DNA of 44,690 bases from an archaeon. GTDB lineage: Archaea > AGJL01 > Methanococci > Methanococcales > Methanocaldococcaceae. Where the stretch lies: NCBI GenBank assembly GCA_024278985.1, contig JAJRSC010000026.1:1-44690 (forward strand), given 5' to 3'. Both the position numbers and the translations under genes were made by a program. Shown here one piece after another: positions 22,609 to 31,531 of this stretch; the stretch's first letter is position 1, and every line of letters starts with the position of its first letter. The notes beneath the pieces were generated by a model, which had not been told where the DNA came from, searched no databases, and saw only the letters and a list, made by a program, of their open reading frames with translations.

Positions 22609-23436
22609 ATGGTGATAAATATAGATTTTGAAGATTTATTAAGTAAGAAGGATTTAAAAAAAGTAGATGAAGAAATTCAGGAATTAATTGAAAGAGAAAG
22701 AAAATTTTTTGAAGAGTTAAAGACAGCAAATGAAATATTTGATAAAAGAACATTAATGAATCTATTTAATTTATTGGTTGGGAAACATCTAACTGAATAT
22801 ATAGGAGTTATTAACTCTGGGAAGGAGGCAGTTGTTATTAAAGCAAGAAAAGGTAAATTTTATAGAGCAGTAAAAGTTTATAGAGTTGCAACCTGTGATT
22901 TTAAAACAATGAGTAAATATATACAAGGAGACCCAAGATTTCATTTAAAAAAAAGTAGTAGAAGGGCAATTATACATGCATGGGTTGAAAAAGAATTTAG
23001 AAATTTAAAAAGAGCATCAGAAATTATAAATGCACCTAAGGCAAGAGTTAGAAGGGAGAATATTTTAGTTATGGACTTTGTAGGATATAGAGGAGAACCT
23101 GCTCCAAGATTAAAGGATGTTAATGTTGATTGGAACAAATTTTATAAAGAAATTAAGGACAGTATGATTAAGTTATACAATGAGGGAGAAATGGTTCATG
23201 GAGATTTAAGTGAATACAATATTTTAGTTAAAAATGATGAACCTGTTATTATTGACTTTTCTCAAAGTGTAGTTATACAGCATCCTCTTGCAGAGCCATT
23301 ATTAATAAGGGACTGTATAAATATAGCCAACTTTTTTAGTAAAAAAGGAATAAATACAAATTATAAATCATTGTATAAAGAAATTACAGGGAGGGATATA
23401 AATCCAGTAGATGAAGCTATGGTAAAATGCTTATAA
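22609..23436 (+). CDS. rio1: RIO1 family Ser/Thr kinase
   Basis: SGKEAVV, AVKVY, WVEKEFRNL, HGDLSEYNIL and IIDFSQSV. Conserved position after aIF-1A. Confidence 0.93.
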   Translation: MVINIDFEDLLSKKDLKKVDEEIQELIERERKFFEELKTANEIFDKRTLMNLFNLLVGKHLTEYIGVINSGKEAVVIKARKGKFYRAVKVYRVATCDFKTMSKYIQGDPRFHLKKSSRRAIIHAWVEKEFRNLKRASEIINAPKARVRRENILVMDFVGYRGEPAPRLKDVNVDWNKFYKEIKDSMIKLYNEGEMVHGDLSEYNILVKNDEPVIIDFSQSVVIQHPLAEPLLIRDCINIANFFSKKGINTNYKSLYKEITGRDINPVDEAMVKCL

Positions 23437-24258
23437 AGGTTTCCATTCTCTTTTTATATCTGGCACTTCTGAAAATATATCATATTTTATATTTTCTAAT
23501 AAAAAACTATCCATATCCCTTATATTATATAATAAACATCCTTTTATAGTTATGTTGGTTTTATTGTTAAGTTTTCTCATCTCATCAACCATTAGAAGAA
23601 GATGCTTTAAAGACCCAAGTTTTTCTTTATCAATATTTAGAATATCTATAATTTTTTTGTCATAAACAATAAGATGATGAACCATAATTTCATCAACATT
23701 CAATTTAGCAATTTCTAATAAATCATTTTCATTAACTCCTGGGATATATATGGTTCTAATTATTGTATGAAATCTTTCATTACACAACTTAATATTTTCT
23801 AAAACCTTTTTTAAATAGTCTTTTCCACAGATTTCTTTATATCTATAATAAGCAGGGAGGGAAATCATAACTAAATCTAACTCAAGTTTTTCAAATTCAT
23901 CCAATATTTTTTCATTTAAGAGAAGACCATTAGTTTGTAAATCTACTCTTAAATTATACTCTTTACCTATCTGAATTGCCTTTTTAACACCTTCAATATC
24001 TAATAATGGTTCTCCATACTGGGATATTGTAACAGCTTCTGCTTCTTCTAAGTTCCCATATATTCCTCTTCTAACTTTTTTTAGTTTTGAGTAGCAAAAT
24101 AAACAACATAAATTACATTTTTGAGTTAATTCTATTGATGGGTGATGATAGGGATTTTCTTTATTAGTTATTCCCTCACATCCATAGCAATGTTTAACAT
24201 ATTTTAATTCTTTAACAATCTTTTTTAGTTTTTTAGATGTTTCACTTCTTAAAATCAT
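23431..24258 (-). CDS. Radical SAM protein of unknown function with an extra N-terminal CxxC
   Basis: HCYGCEG, HHPS..CNLCCLFC (CX3CX2C), QYGEP and QTNG. ATGA-coupled to marker 17. Confidence 0.85.
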   Translation of the reverse strand: MILRSETSKKLKKIVKELKYVKHCYGCEGITNKENPYHHPSIELTQKCNLCCLFCYSKLKKVRRGIYGNLEEAEAVTISQYGEPLLDIEGVKKAIQIGKEYNLRVDLQTNGLLLNEKILDEFEKLELDLVMISLPAYYRYKEICGKDYLKKVLENIKLCNERFHTIIRTIYIPGVNENDLLEIAKLNVDEIMVHHLIVYDKKIIDILNIDKEKLGSLKHLLLMVDEMRKLNNKTNITIKGCLLYNIRDMDSFLLENIKYDIFSEVPDIKREWKPL

Positions 24259-24806
24259 TTTATCATTTCAAGTTTCTCTTTTAATTTTTTTGCTTCTTCA
24301 ATCTCTTCAGGTTTTAAAGGTCTTTCAGAAGCAAGTAAAACAATAGCTTTGTCTATAAAGCTTTTTCTTATTCTCATACCTTCAGGGAAAACTCTATTCA
24401 TAAAATCTAAGACCTTATCAACAAAATCCTTACTTGTATCATATATTTCCATATCCAAATCAATATTTGAGTCAGTTATTATTTCAAATCTTGTAGGTTG
24501 TTCAATAACATGAATCTTTTTTAATAAATATGGGAGATAAGTTTCATCAGTTATTTTTAGTTTATAAATGATTTTTCCATTTTCTTTTTTCTGTTCAACA
24601 ATTTCAGCCATATCTCTCAATTTAATTATTTTTCTTGTTGGTTTTGGTAATGCACCTAAGATAAAATAAGGATCTTTTTCTCTTGCAATAAATTCAACTC
24701 TAATTAATGACTTTCCTAACAGTAAATCCTCTAAAGCAGTCTGAATAACTTTAGTGTATATTTTTTTCGCTGCTTCATCTTTACAATCAACATAAATATC
24801 TGCCAT
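24255..24806 (-). CDS. Methanogenesis marker protein 17
   Basis: ALEDL.LGKS, DETYLP.LL, EQPTRFE and RVFPEGMRIR, recognised as the Mmp17 pattern. Confidence 0.78.
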   Translation of the reverse strand: MADIYVDCKDEAAKKIYTKVIQTALEDLLLGKSLIRVEFIAREKDPYFILGALPKPTRKIIKLRDMAEIVEQKKENGKIIYKLKITDETYLPYLLKKIHVIEQPTRFEIITDSNIDLDMEIYDTSKDFVDKVLDFMNRVFPEGMRIRKSFIDKAIVLLASERPLKPEEIEEAKKLKEKLEMIK

Positions 24807-24883
24807 ATTTTAACACCTACAATAAATTTTTATTTATGATAAACATTTAAAGTTTAATCTACATAAAATTAACTGGGATTTTT

Positions 24884-26170
24884 ATGAGGAGCTTAATATT
24901 AAGTGTAGTTATATCTCTAATATCTTATATAATACTTTCAAATTTTTTATTACCAGTTGAAGCCAAATTTATTGGAGTAGTTATTTTATTAATTTTACTT
25001 TGGAGTTTAGAGGCTTTACCTTTAGGAGTAGTTTCTTTACTACCTATAATTATTTTCCCAATATTGGGAATTTTAGATATTGGAGATGTAACTTCCAACT
25101 ACTCAAAACCCATAATTTTTTTATTTTTAGGAGGTTTTTTAATTGCTATTGCAGTTGAAAAATATAATCTTCATAAATATATTGCTACAAAATTTTTAAA
25201 AATATTTCCAAAAAATCCATTTGGAATAATATTTTCTATTTCTTTTACATCTGCTTTATTAAGTTCTTTTCTTTCAAACACAACAACCACATTATTACTT
25301 CTACCTATGGCTATATCCTTAATTGAAAAATTAGATATTCAGAAAAAGTTGGTTTTAGCAACTGCATATGGAGCAAGTATTGGAGGAATATTAACACCTA
25401 TTGGAACTCCACCCAATTTAATACTCATAGGATTTCTGGAGGAATTTGGACTAAAAAAAATTAGTTTTGTTGATTGGATAATAATGATGTTTCCATTAGT
25501 TATAATAATGCTAACAATTATGAGCTTTTTGTTATCCTACGATATAAAAGAGATTAAATTAGATTACAACAAAAAAATGACTTTAGATAAAAATCAAAAA
25601 AAGATTTTAGTAATTTTAATTTTAATGATTATCTCACTGTTTATAAACTCTTTCTATTTAAAGTTAAATGATAGTATTATATTACTAACTTTTGGATTAT
25701 TATTATTTTTACCAAAAATATCACTTTTAGATTGGGAAGACACTAAAAAAATTCCATATCAAATAATATTTTTATTTGGAGCTGGTTTTACAATAGCTAA
25801 GGGATTTGTAGAGATTGGATTAGCTGATAAAATTGCAATATTTTTATTAAACTATACTAATTTACCAGATATACTATTAACTTTATTAGTTGCTGGAATA
25901 GTTACATTTTCAACAGAAATAACCAGTAATACTGCATTAACATCAATTATTTTACCAATAATATATAAATTAGGATATTATAAGTTGTTAATTGTTTCTA
26001 CTATATGTGCAAGTTATGCATTTATGCTACCTATTGCAACCCCTCCAAATGCCATAGCCATGAGTTCAGGAGTATTAAAAACTAAAGATATGATAAAATA
26101 TGGATTTATATTAAATATAATTGGTATTACTTTAACTACAATTATATCAACAATTTATTGGAGGATATAA
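24884..26170 (+). CDS. SLC13/DASS divalent anion:Na+ symporter
   Basis: [29 protein letters not shown] and [12 protein letters not shown]. Confidence 0.9.
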   Translation: MRSLILSVVISLISYIILSNFLLPVEAKFIGVVILLILLWSLEALPLGVVSLLPIIIFPILGILDIGDVTSNYSKPIIFLFLGGFLIAIAVEKYNLHKYIATKFLKIFPKNPFGIIFSISFTSALLSSFLSNTTTTLLLLPMAISLIEKLDIQKKLVLATAYGASIGGILTPIGTPPNLILIGFLEEFGLKKISFVDWIIMMFPLVIIMLTIMSFLLSYDIKEIKLDYNKKMTLDKNQKKILVILILMIISLFINSFYLKLNDSIILLTFGLLLFLPKISLLDWEDTKKIPYQIIFLFGAGFTIAKGFVEIGLADKIAIFLLNYTNLPDILLTLLVAGIVTFSTEITSNTALTSIILPIIYKLGYYKLLIVSTICASYAFMLPIATPPNAIAMSSGVLKTKDMIKYGFILNIIGITLTTIISTIYWRI

Positions 26171-26172
26171 AT

Positions 26173-26757
26173 ATGTTATTAATAGGGATAACTGGAATGC
26201 CAGGAGCTGGAAAGAGTGCAATATTTAAAGTGGCAGAAATGCTAAATATTCCAATAATAGCAATGGGAGATGTAGTTAGAGAAGAGACAATAAAAGAGGG
26301 ACTTAAATTAACACCTGAAAATGTTGGAAAGACAGCTATAAAATTAAGAGAAAAGTATGGGAATGAAGCAGTTGCAGTTGTTTGTTTAGAAAAAATAAAT
26401 AAAGAGTTTAAAAATAGGGATATTGTTATTGTTGAGGGAATAAGAAGTTTATATGAATTAAACTATTTTAGAAAAAACTATCCTCTTGTCTTAATAGGGA
26501 TTCATTCTTCTCCTTTAACAAGATATAACAGAATCAAAGAAAGAAAAAGAGAAGATGATTCTTCTGATTGGAATATCTTTATAGAGAGAGATTTAAGAGA
26601 GTTAAACTTTGGAATTGGTAATGTTATTGCACTCTCTGATTTTATGGTTATTAATGAAGACAGTTATGATAATTTAGTAAATAACTTAAAGAATATTGTA
26701 GAAAATATTATCAAGAATAAAGATAAATTTAAAGAACATAAATTTATATATAGATGA
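26173..26757 (+). CDS. P-loop kinase, dephospho-CoA-kinase-like (UPF0200)
   Basis: [26 protein letters not shown] and RDLREL. Confidence 0.82.
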   Translation: MLLIGITGMPGAGKSAIFKVAEMLNIPIIAMGDVVREETIKEGLKLTPENVGKTAIKLREKYGNEAVAVVCLEKINKEFKNRDIVIVEGIRSLYELNYFRKNYPLVLIGIHSSPLTRYNRIKERKREDDSSDWNIFIERDLRELNFGIGNVIALSDFMVINEDSYDNLVNNLKNIVENIIKNKDKFKEHKFIYR

Positions 26758-26761
26758 AAAT

Positions 26762-28546
26762 ATGTGTGGGATTATTGGATATATTGGGAATAAAAAGGCT
26801 TCAGAAATTTTATATAAAGGATTAAAAAGGTTGGAGTATAGAGGATATGATAGTTGTGGTATAGGAGTAATAAATAAAAAGTTAATAATTAAAAAAGATG
26901 TTGGTAAAGTTGAAGATGTTGCTAAAAAGGAGAAATTTTTAGAAGTTGAGGGAAATATTGGATGTGGCCATGTTAGATGGGCAACACATGGGAAAGTTTC
27001 TAAAGAAAATGCTCATCCACATTCAGATTGTTCTGAAAAAATAGCTGTAGTTCATAATGGTATTATTTCCAATTATAAAGAGCTAAAAGAAGAGTTAATA
27101 AGAAAAGGACATATATTTAAATCTGAGACAGATACTGAAGTTGTAGCACACTTAATTGAAGAAGAGCTTAAAAATCTTGATAGGAATGGAGAGAATTATA
27201 TAACTGCTGTTAAAAATGCATTAAAAAAAATATCTGGAACTTATGCATTAGTTATAATAAATGAAGATTATCCTAATATTCTAATTGGAGCAAGAAATGA
27301 AAGTCCTCTAATTTTGGGAATTGGAGAAAATGAGTATTTTTTAGGAAGTGACATTTCTGCTTTTTTAGATTTTACAAATAAAGCTGTGCCATTAGAAGAT
27401 GGTGACGTTGTAGTTATAAAAAATAATTCCTATGTAATTGAAAATAACAATAAAATAATTAAAAGAAAACCAATAACTATATCATGGTCTCCAGAAGAAG
27501 CTGAAAAATCTGGATATGAGCATTTTATGCTCAAAGAGATTATTGAACAAAAGGATACTTTAAAAATATCTGCTAAAATATCCTCAGAAGAGATTAATGA
27601 ACTTGTTAAAATAATTGATAAAGTAGATAAAATATATTTTGTTGGAGCTGGAACCTCTTTACATGCTTCAATATATGCAGAGTACTTATTTGCTAAATTA
27701 GGGAAATTAGTGGTTGCCGTTGATTCATCAGAATTTTTAAATAAGGGTGTTGTAGATGATAATACCCTTGTAGTTGGAATTACACAAAGTGGAGAAACTT
27801 ATGATACACTAAAAGCTTTAAAATATGCTAAAGAAAAAGGTGCTAAAACTGCAAGTATAGTTAATGTTCTTGGTTCTACAGCAACAAGAATCGTAGATAT
27901 TCCTATTTTAATGGGTGCAGGTTTAGAAGTGGCTGTATGTGCAACAAAAACATTCACATCCCAATTAATGATAATATATAGATTGTTTATTAAGTATGGA
28001 GAACTTTTAGGTAGAGATATGGAAATTTATAAAAAAGAAATTGAAAATATCCCCAAATATATTGAAGATGTTTTAAATAAAAGGGAAGATATAAAGGTAA
28101 TAGCTGAAAGTTTAAAAGCAAATAACTATATATTCATTTCAAAAGGTATTAATATTCTAAGTGCTTTAGAGGGAGCATTAAAATTTAAAGAAATCACATA
28201 TTTACATGCTGAAGGTATGAGTGCAGGAATGTTAAAGCATGGAACAATTTCATTAATAGATGAAAATTTTGATACTATAGCTATAGTTCCTCCAAAAAGT
28301 TCTAATGTATATAATTCAATATTATCAAACATTGAAGAAGTTAAAGCAAGAAATGGAAGAGTTATTGCAATATCTCCATACAACTTAGAAAATACTGATA
28401 ATATTATTGTTCCAGAGGTTTTAGAAGAAATTTCTCCAATAGTTTATGCTCCTGCATATCAACTCTTAGCATATTATAAAGCTGTTCAGTTGGGGAGAGA
28501 TGTAGATAAACCAAGAGGTTTGGCTAAAAGTGTAACAGTTGAATAA
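26762..28546 (+). CDS. glmS: Glutamine-fructose-6-phosphate aminotransferase (intein-free)
   Basis: MCGIIG, EYRGYDS, RWATHG, HNGII, SETDTE, QSGET and DKPRGLAKSVTVE. Confidence 0.97.
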   Translation: MCGIIGYIGNKKASEILYKGLKRLEYRGYDSCGIGVINKKLIIKKDVGKVEDVAKKEKFLEVEGNIGCGHVRWATHGKVSKENAHPHSDCSEKIAVVHNGIISNYKELKEELIRKGHIFKSETDTEVVAHLIEEELKNLDRNGENYITAVKNALKKISGTYALVIINEDYPNILIGARNESPLILGIGENEYFLGSDISAFLDFTNKAVPLEDGDVVVIKNNSYVIENNNKIIKRKPITISWSPEEAEKSGYEHFMLKEIIEQKDTLKISAKISSEEINELVKIIDKVDKIYFVGAGTSLHASIYAEYLFAKLGKLVVAVDSSEFLNKGVVDDNTLVVGITQSGETYDTLKALKYAKEKGAKTASIVNVLGSTATRIVDIPILMGAGLEVAVCATKTFTSQLMIIYRLFIKYGELLGRDMEIYKKEIENIPKYIEDVLNKREDIKVIAESLKANNYIFISKGINILSALEGALKFKEITYLHAEGMSAGMLKHGTISLIDENFDTIAIVPPKSSNVYNSILSNIEEVKARNGRVIAISPYNLENTDNIIVPEVLEEISPIVYAPAYQLLAYYKAVQLGRDVDKPRGLAKSVTVE

Positions 28547-28564
28547 ATATATGGAGATGATAAA

Positions 28565-29056
28565 ATGCCTATTGATGAATTAAAAAGGTTCTTTAAAAAA
28601 ATAGCAGGTAATAAAAAAGTTCCTGAGCCAGTTCCAGTCCCTGAGATGGAAGAGTATGAAGAAATTTCAATAACTCCAGATACAGAGAAGAGTGAAAGTT
28701 TATTATTAAAAAGGAAGGAAGAAGAAAAAAAAGAGGAAGAGGTTAAAGTAGAAGTTAAAGAAGTAATTAAAGAGGTTAAAATATATCCAAAAATGTATAT
28801 TGTTAGAATAAAGCATCCTAAAGATTTTGATGAAATAAAGAGATTTTTAGATAATTATGACATAATTATACTTAACTTAGAAGAGGCTCCTATGGAGGCA
28901 ATAAGTAAAAATATAAAGGATTTTATTGATTATGCTTCAATACTTGGATTTAAATTAGGTTTAATAACAGAAACTGTTATGTTAGCTTTTAAAAATGAGG
29001 TTGAGATAGATAAGTATGTTTCAAATATAAAAGAAGATGCCGAACGTGTTGAATAA
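28565..29056 (+). CDS. sepF: SepF-like cell division protein
   Basis: N-terminal amphipathic helix, acidic linker, and a C-terminal core (DFDEIK..L...DIIILNL) resembling archaeal SepF. Confidence 0.6.
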   Translation: MPIDELKRFFKKIAGNKKVPEPVPVPEMEEYEEISITPDTEKSESLLLKRKEEEKKEEEVKVEVKEVIKEVKIYPKMYIVRIKHPKDFDEIKRFLDNYDIIILNLEEAPMEAISKNIKDFIDYASILGFKLGLITETVMLAFKNEVEIDKYVSNIKEDAERVE

Positions 29057-29562
29057 TGAGAATAGCAATAACTGGTACTCCTGGAGTTGGAAAAACAACA
29101 ATATCTAAAATTTTATCTAAAAAATTAGGATATGAACATATTGATATAACTGAAATTGTTAAAAAATATCATCTTTATAAAGAGTATGATGAAGATATGG
29201 AGAGTTATGTTATTGATTTTAATAAGCTAAACAACTTTTTAAAAAATAAGAATAATGTTATATTAGATGGACATGTCTCCCATTTATTAAATCCTGATTA
29301 TACAATAGTTTTAAGATGCAATCCTGAGATTATTAAAGAAAGATTAAAAAAAAGAGGGTATAAAGAAAAAAAAATATTAGAAAATGTTCAGGCTGAAATA
29401 TTGGATGTATGTCTTTGTGAATCTAAGGGTAAGGTTTATGAAATAGACACTACTAATAAAACACCTGAAAAAATTGTTGATGAAATTATTTTGGCTATTA
29501 ATGGAAAGAGAGAAAGAAAGGGAGTTGTTGATTGGCTATCTAAATATTATTATCTACTCTAA
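29056..29562 (+). CDS. Fap7/AK6-type adenylate kinase
   Basis: ITGTPGVGKTT, ILDGH (hhhDxH), VLRC and ENVQAE. Confidence 0.88.
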   Translation: MRIAITGTPGVGKTTISKILSKKLGYEHIDITEIVKKYHLYKEYDEDMESYVIDFNKLNNFLKNKNNVILDGHVSHLLNPDYTIVLRCNPEIIKERLKKRGYKEKKILENVQAEILDVCLCESKGKVYEIDTTNKTPEKIVDEIILAINGKRERKGVVDWLSKYYYLL

Positions 29563-29993
29563 TCTTTTTTAACCTCCATAAGAGCTATTTTTTCTAAAAC
29601 TCTCTCTACAATTCCTCCAAAACCCTTTATATTAAAAACATTTTTTATTATTCTTTCTTTTTCTTCATTTAATTCTAAAACAGAGTCATCAATTTCTCCA
29701 CCAATTATTTTATAAATCTTGTTAAAAGTCTCCTCATCTTCACATACAACACATACATCTCCATCCTTAGCCCCAAAAATTTTAATTGCTTCCGATATTT
29801 GCCTTCTTCCTGATGCCCTAACTAAAATTTCCATCCAAAAATCTTTTGAAATCATATTTTTGGTTTTTGCCTGATTTATGGCATGTAAAATATGTTTTTT
29901 AGTGGCTATAACTTTGGCATTCAATATTTGACAATTCTTTATTTTAAATACTTCATCCTTTATTTTAGCCCCTCTAATCCCTCTAATATACAA
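29559..29993 (-). CDS. cgi121: KEOPS complex subunit Cgi121
   Basis: HILHA, MEILVRASGRRQISEAIK. GGTGA SD then TTG. Confidence 0.88.
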   Translation of the reverse strand: MYIRGIRGAKIKDEVFKIKNCQILNAKVIATKKHILHAINQAKTKNMISKDFWMEILVRASGRRQISEAIKIFGAKDGDVCVVCEDEETFNKIYKIIGGEIDDSVLELNEEKERIIKNVFNIKGFGGIVERVLEKIALMEVKKD

Positions 29994-30007
29994 AATAGCT
30001 CACCATT

Positions 30008-30769
30008 TTAGTATATTTTAGAATATTTCCCATCTTCAACTATTTTAACATCTTTTAAACTTTTTAGATTTAAGTTTTTAGCAGTCTTTTCTATTCCTAA
30101 TTCTTTATCAGTATCAATATAAACAACATATGCCTCCAACTCCTTAATACCTAAGTTATAGGCAGCAACTGCTCTATGATGTCCATCTACTAATATATAA
30201 TGATTATTTCTATTTGTTTTAATAACTATTATTGGTTCGGCTAATCCTTTTTTAAGTTCATATATTCTCCCCATATATTCATCAGCATCAATTTTTGCCT
30301 GTGTAGGCTTTAATAGACTTACAGGAACTTTTTTTCTCTCAACTTTAACATTATAACCAAGATTTTTATATGTCCTAATTAAGTTTTCCAACTTTTTTGG
30401 AGTTGTTTTTTCTATTTGAGACCTAATAACATCCATATTTGAAATAATTCCAACTAAATTATTCTCTTCATCAACAACTGGTAACTTGGAAAATCCTGTC
30501 CTAAACATTATTCTACCAACATCCATAATATTGGCATCTGGATAGGTAACTACTAACTTATCTCTTTTTGTCATAACATTTTCTACTCTCTCATCTAAAT
30601 CTTTTCCAACTATATCCCTAACAGATACAACACCTATAAGTTTTCCATTTTCAACAACAGGGAAAGAACCATGTTTTGTTTTATTTATAAGTTCAATAAC
30701 ATCTCTTATTTTCAAATCTTTAGATACTGTATATACTTTTTTAGTCATATAATCCTTAACTTTAACCAT
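30008..30769 (-). CDS. CBS pair + ParB/sulfiredoxin-like domain protein
   Basis: Two CBS repeats (SFPVV, KLPVV), then LKPTQ, EPIIV and LVDGHHR. Confidence 0.85.
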   Translation of the reverse strand: MVKVKDYMTKKVYTVSKDLKIRDVIELINKTKHGSFPVVENGKLIGVVSVRDIVGKDLDERVENVMTKRDKLVVTYPDANIMDVGRIMFRTGFSKLPVVDEENNLVGIISNMDVIRSQIEKTTPKKLENLIRTYKNLGYNVKVERKKVPVSLLKPTQAKIDADEYMGRIYELKKGLAEPIIVIKTNRNNHYILVDGHHRAVAAYNLGIKELEAYVVYIDTDKELGIEKTAKNLNLKSLKDVKIVEDGKYSKIY

Positions 30770-30778
30770 TTTAATCTC

Positions 30779-31531
30779 CTAAAATTTTATTTTTTTCCCA
30801 GATGCATCTCTTTTATAATTTCCAAACTCTTCTAATAATTTTAACTGTTCTCCAGTAAATACTGGTCCATCCTTACAAACAGTAAATTCTCCAATACAAC
30901 ATATTCCACATATTCCAATAGCACATTTCATATATCTCTCTAAAGATGCCTGAATAGGAATATTATGTTTATTGGATATATCAAAAACCTTTTTCATCAT
31001 TATCTCTGGCCCACATGTAATAATTAAATCATACTTATCTTTTTTTAGTATTTCTTTTAATTTATCAGTTGTAAATCCCTTATAACCACAAGAACCATCA
31101 TCTGTACAAACCTCTAAATTACAATATTTATTAAATTCCTCCCTGAATAATAATTCTTTTTCTGTTCTTGCTCCTAAGATAACAGTAATGTCTAAATCTT
31201 TATATTCTCTAACAAAGCTCATTATTGGAACAGCCCCTACACCTCCAGCAACTGCCAAAATTTTCTCCCCATATGGTTTAAAGTAAGAACCATAAGGTCC
31301 TCTTATTCCAATTTTATCTCCCTCTTTTAGTTTGAACATTTTATTTGTAAAGTCTCCAACTCTTGCAATGGTAAATTTATCTTTATCCATAAAACTAAAG
31401 GGTTTTTCATCTACACCAGGAAGCCAGAGCATAGCAAACTGTCCTGGCTTAAAATCTATTTTTTCATTAATAACAAATGTTTTTATATTTGGAGTCTCAT
31501 CAATTATTTTTTTAATCTTCACTATCTTCAT
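30779..31531 (-). CDS. pyrK: Dihydroorotate dehydrogenase electron-transfer subunit
   Basis: KPGQF, EKPFS, RGPYG, AGGVG, CGPEIMM and MKCAIGICGIC...VCKDGPVF [2Fe-2S] motif. Confidence 0.88.
   Translation of the reverse strand: MKIVKIKKIIDETPNIKTFVINEKIDFKPGQFAMLWLPGVDEKPFSFMDKDKFTIARVGDFTNKMFKLKEGDKIGIRGPYGSYFKPYGEKILAVAGGVGAVPIMSFVREYKDLDITVILGARTEKELLFREEFNKYCNLEVCTDDGSCGYKGFTTDKLKEILKKDKYDLIITCGPEIMMKKVFDISNKHNIPIQASLERYMKCAIGICGICCIGEFTVCKDGPVFTGEQLKLLEEFGNYKRDASGKKIKF

Noticed and set aside
26700-26761. glmS ribozyme
   Set aside because: Only 4 nt separate glmS from the upstream gene, leaving no room for it.
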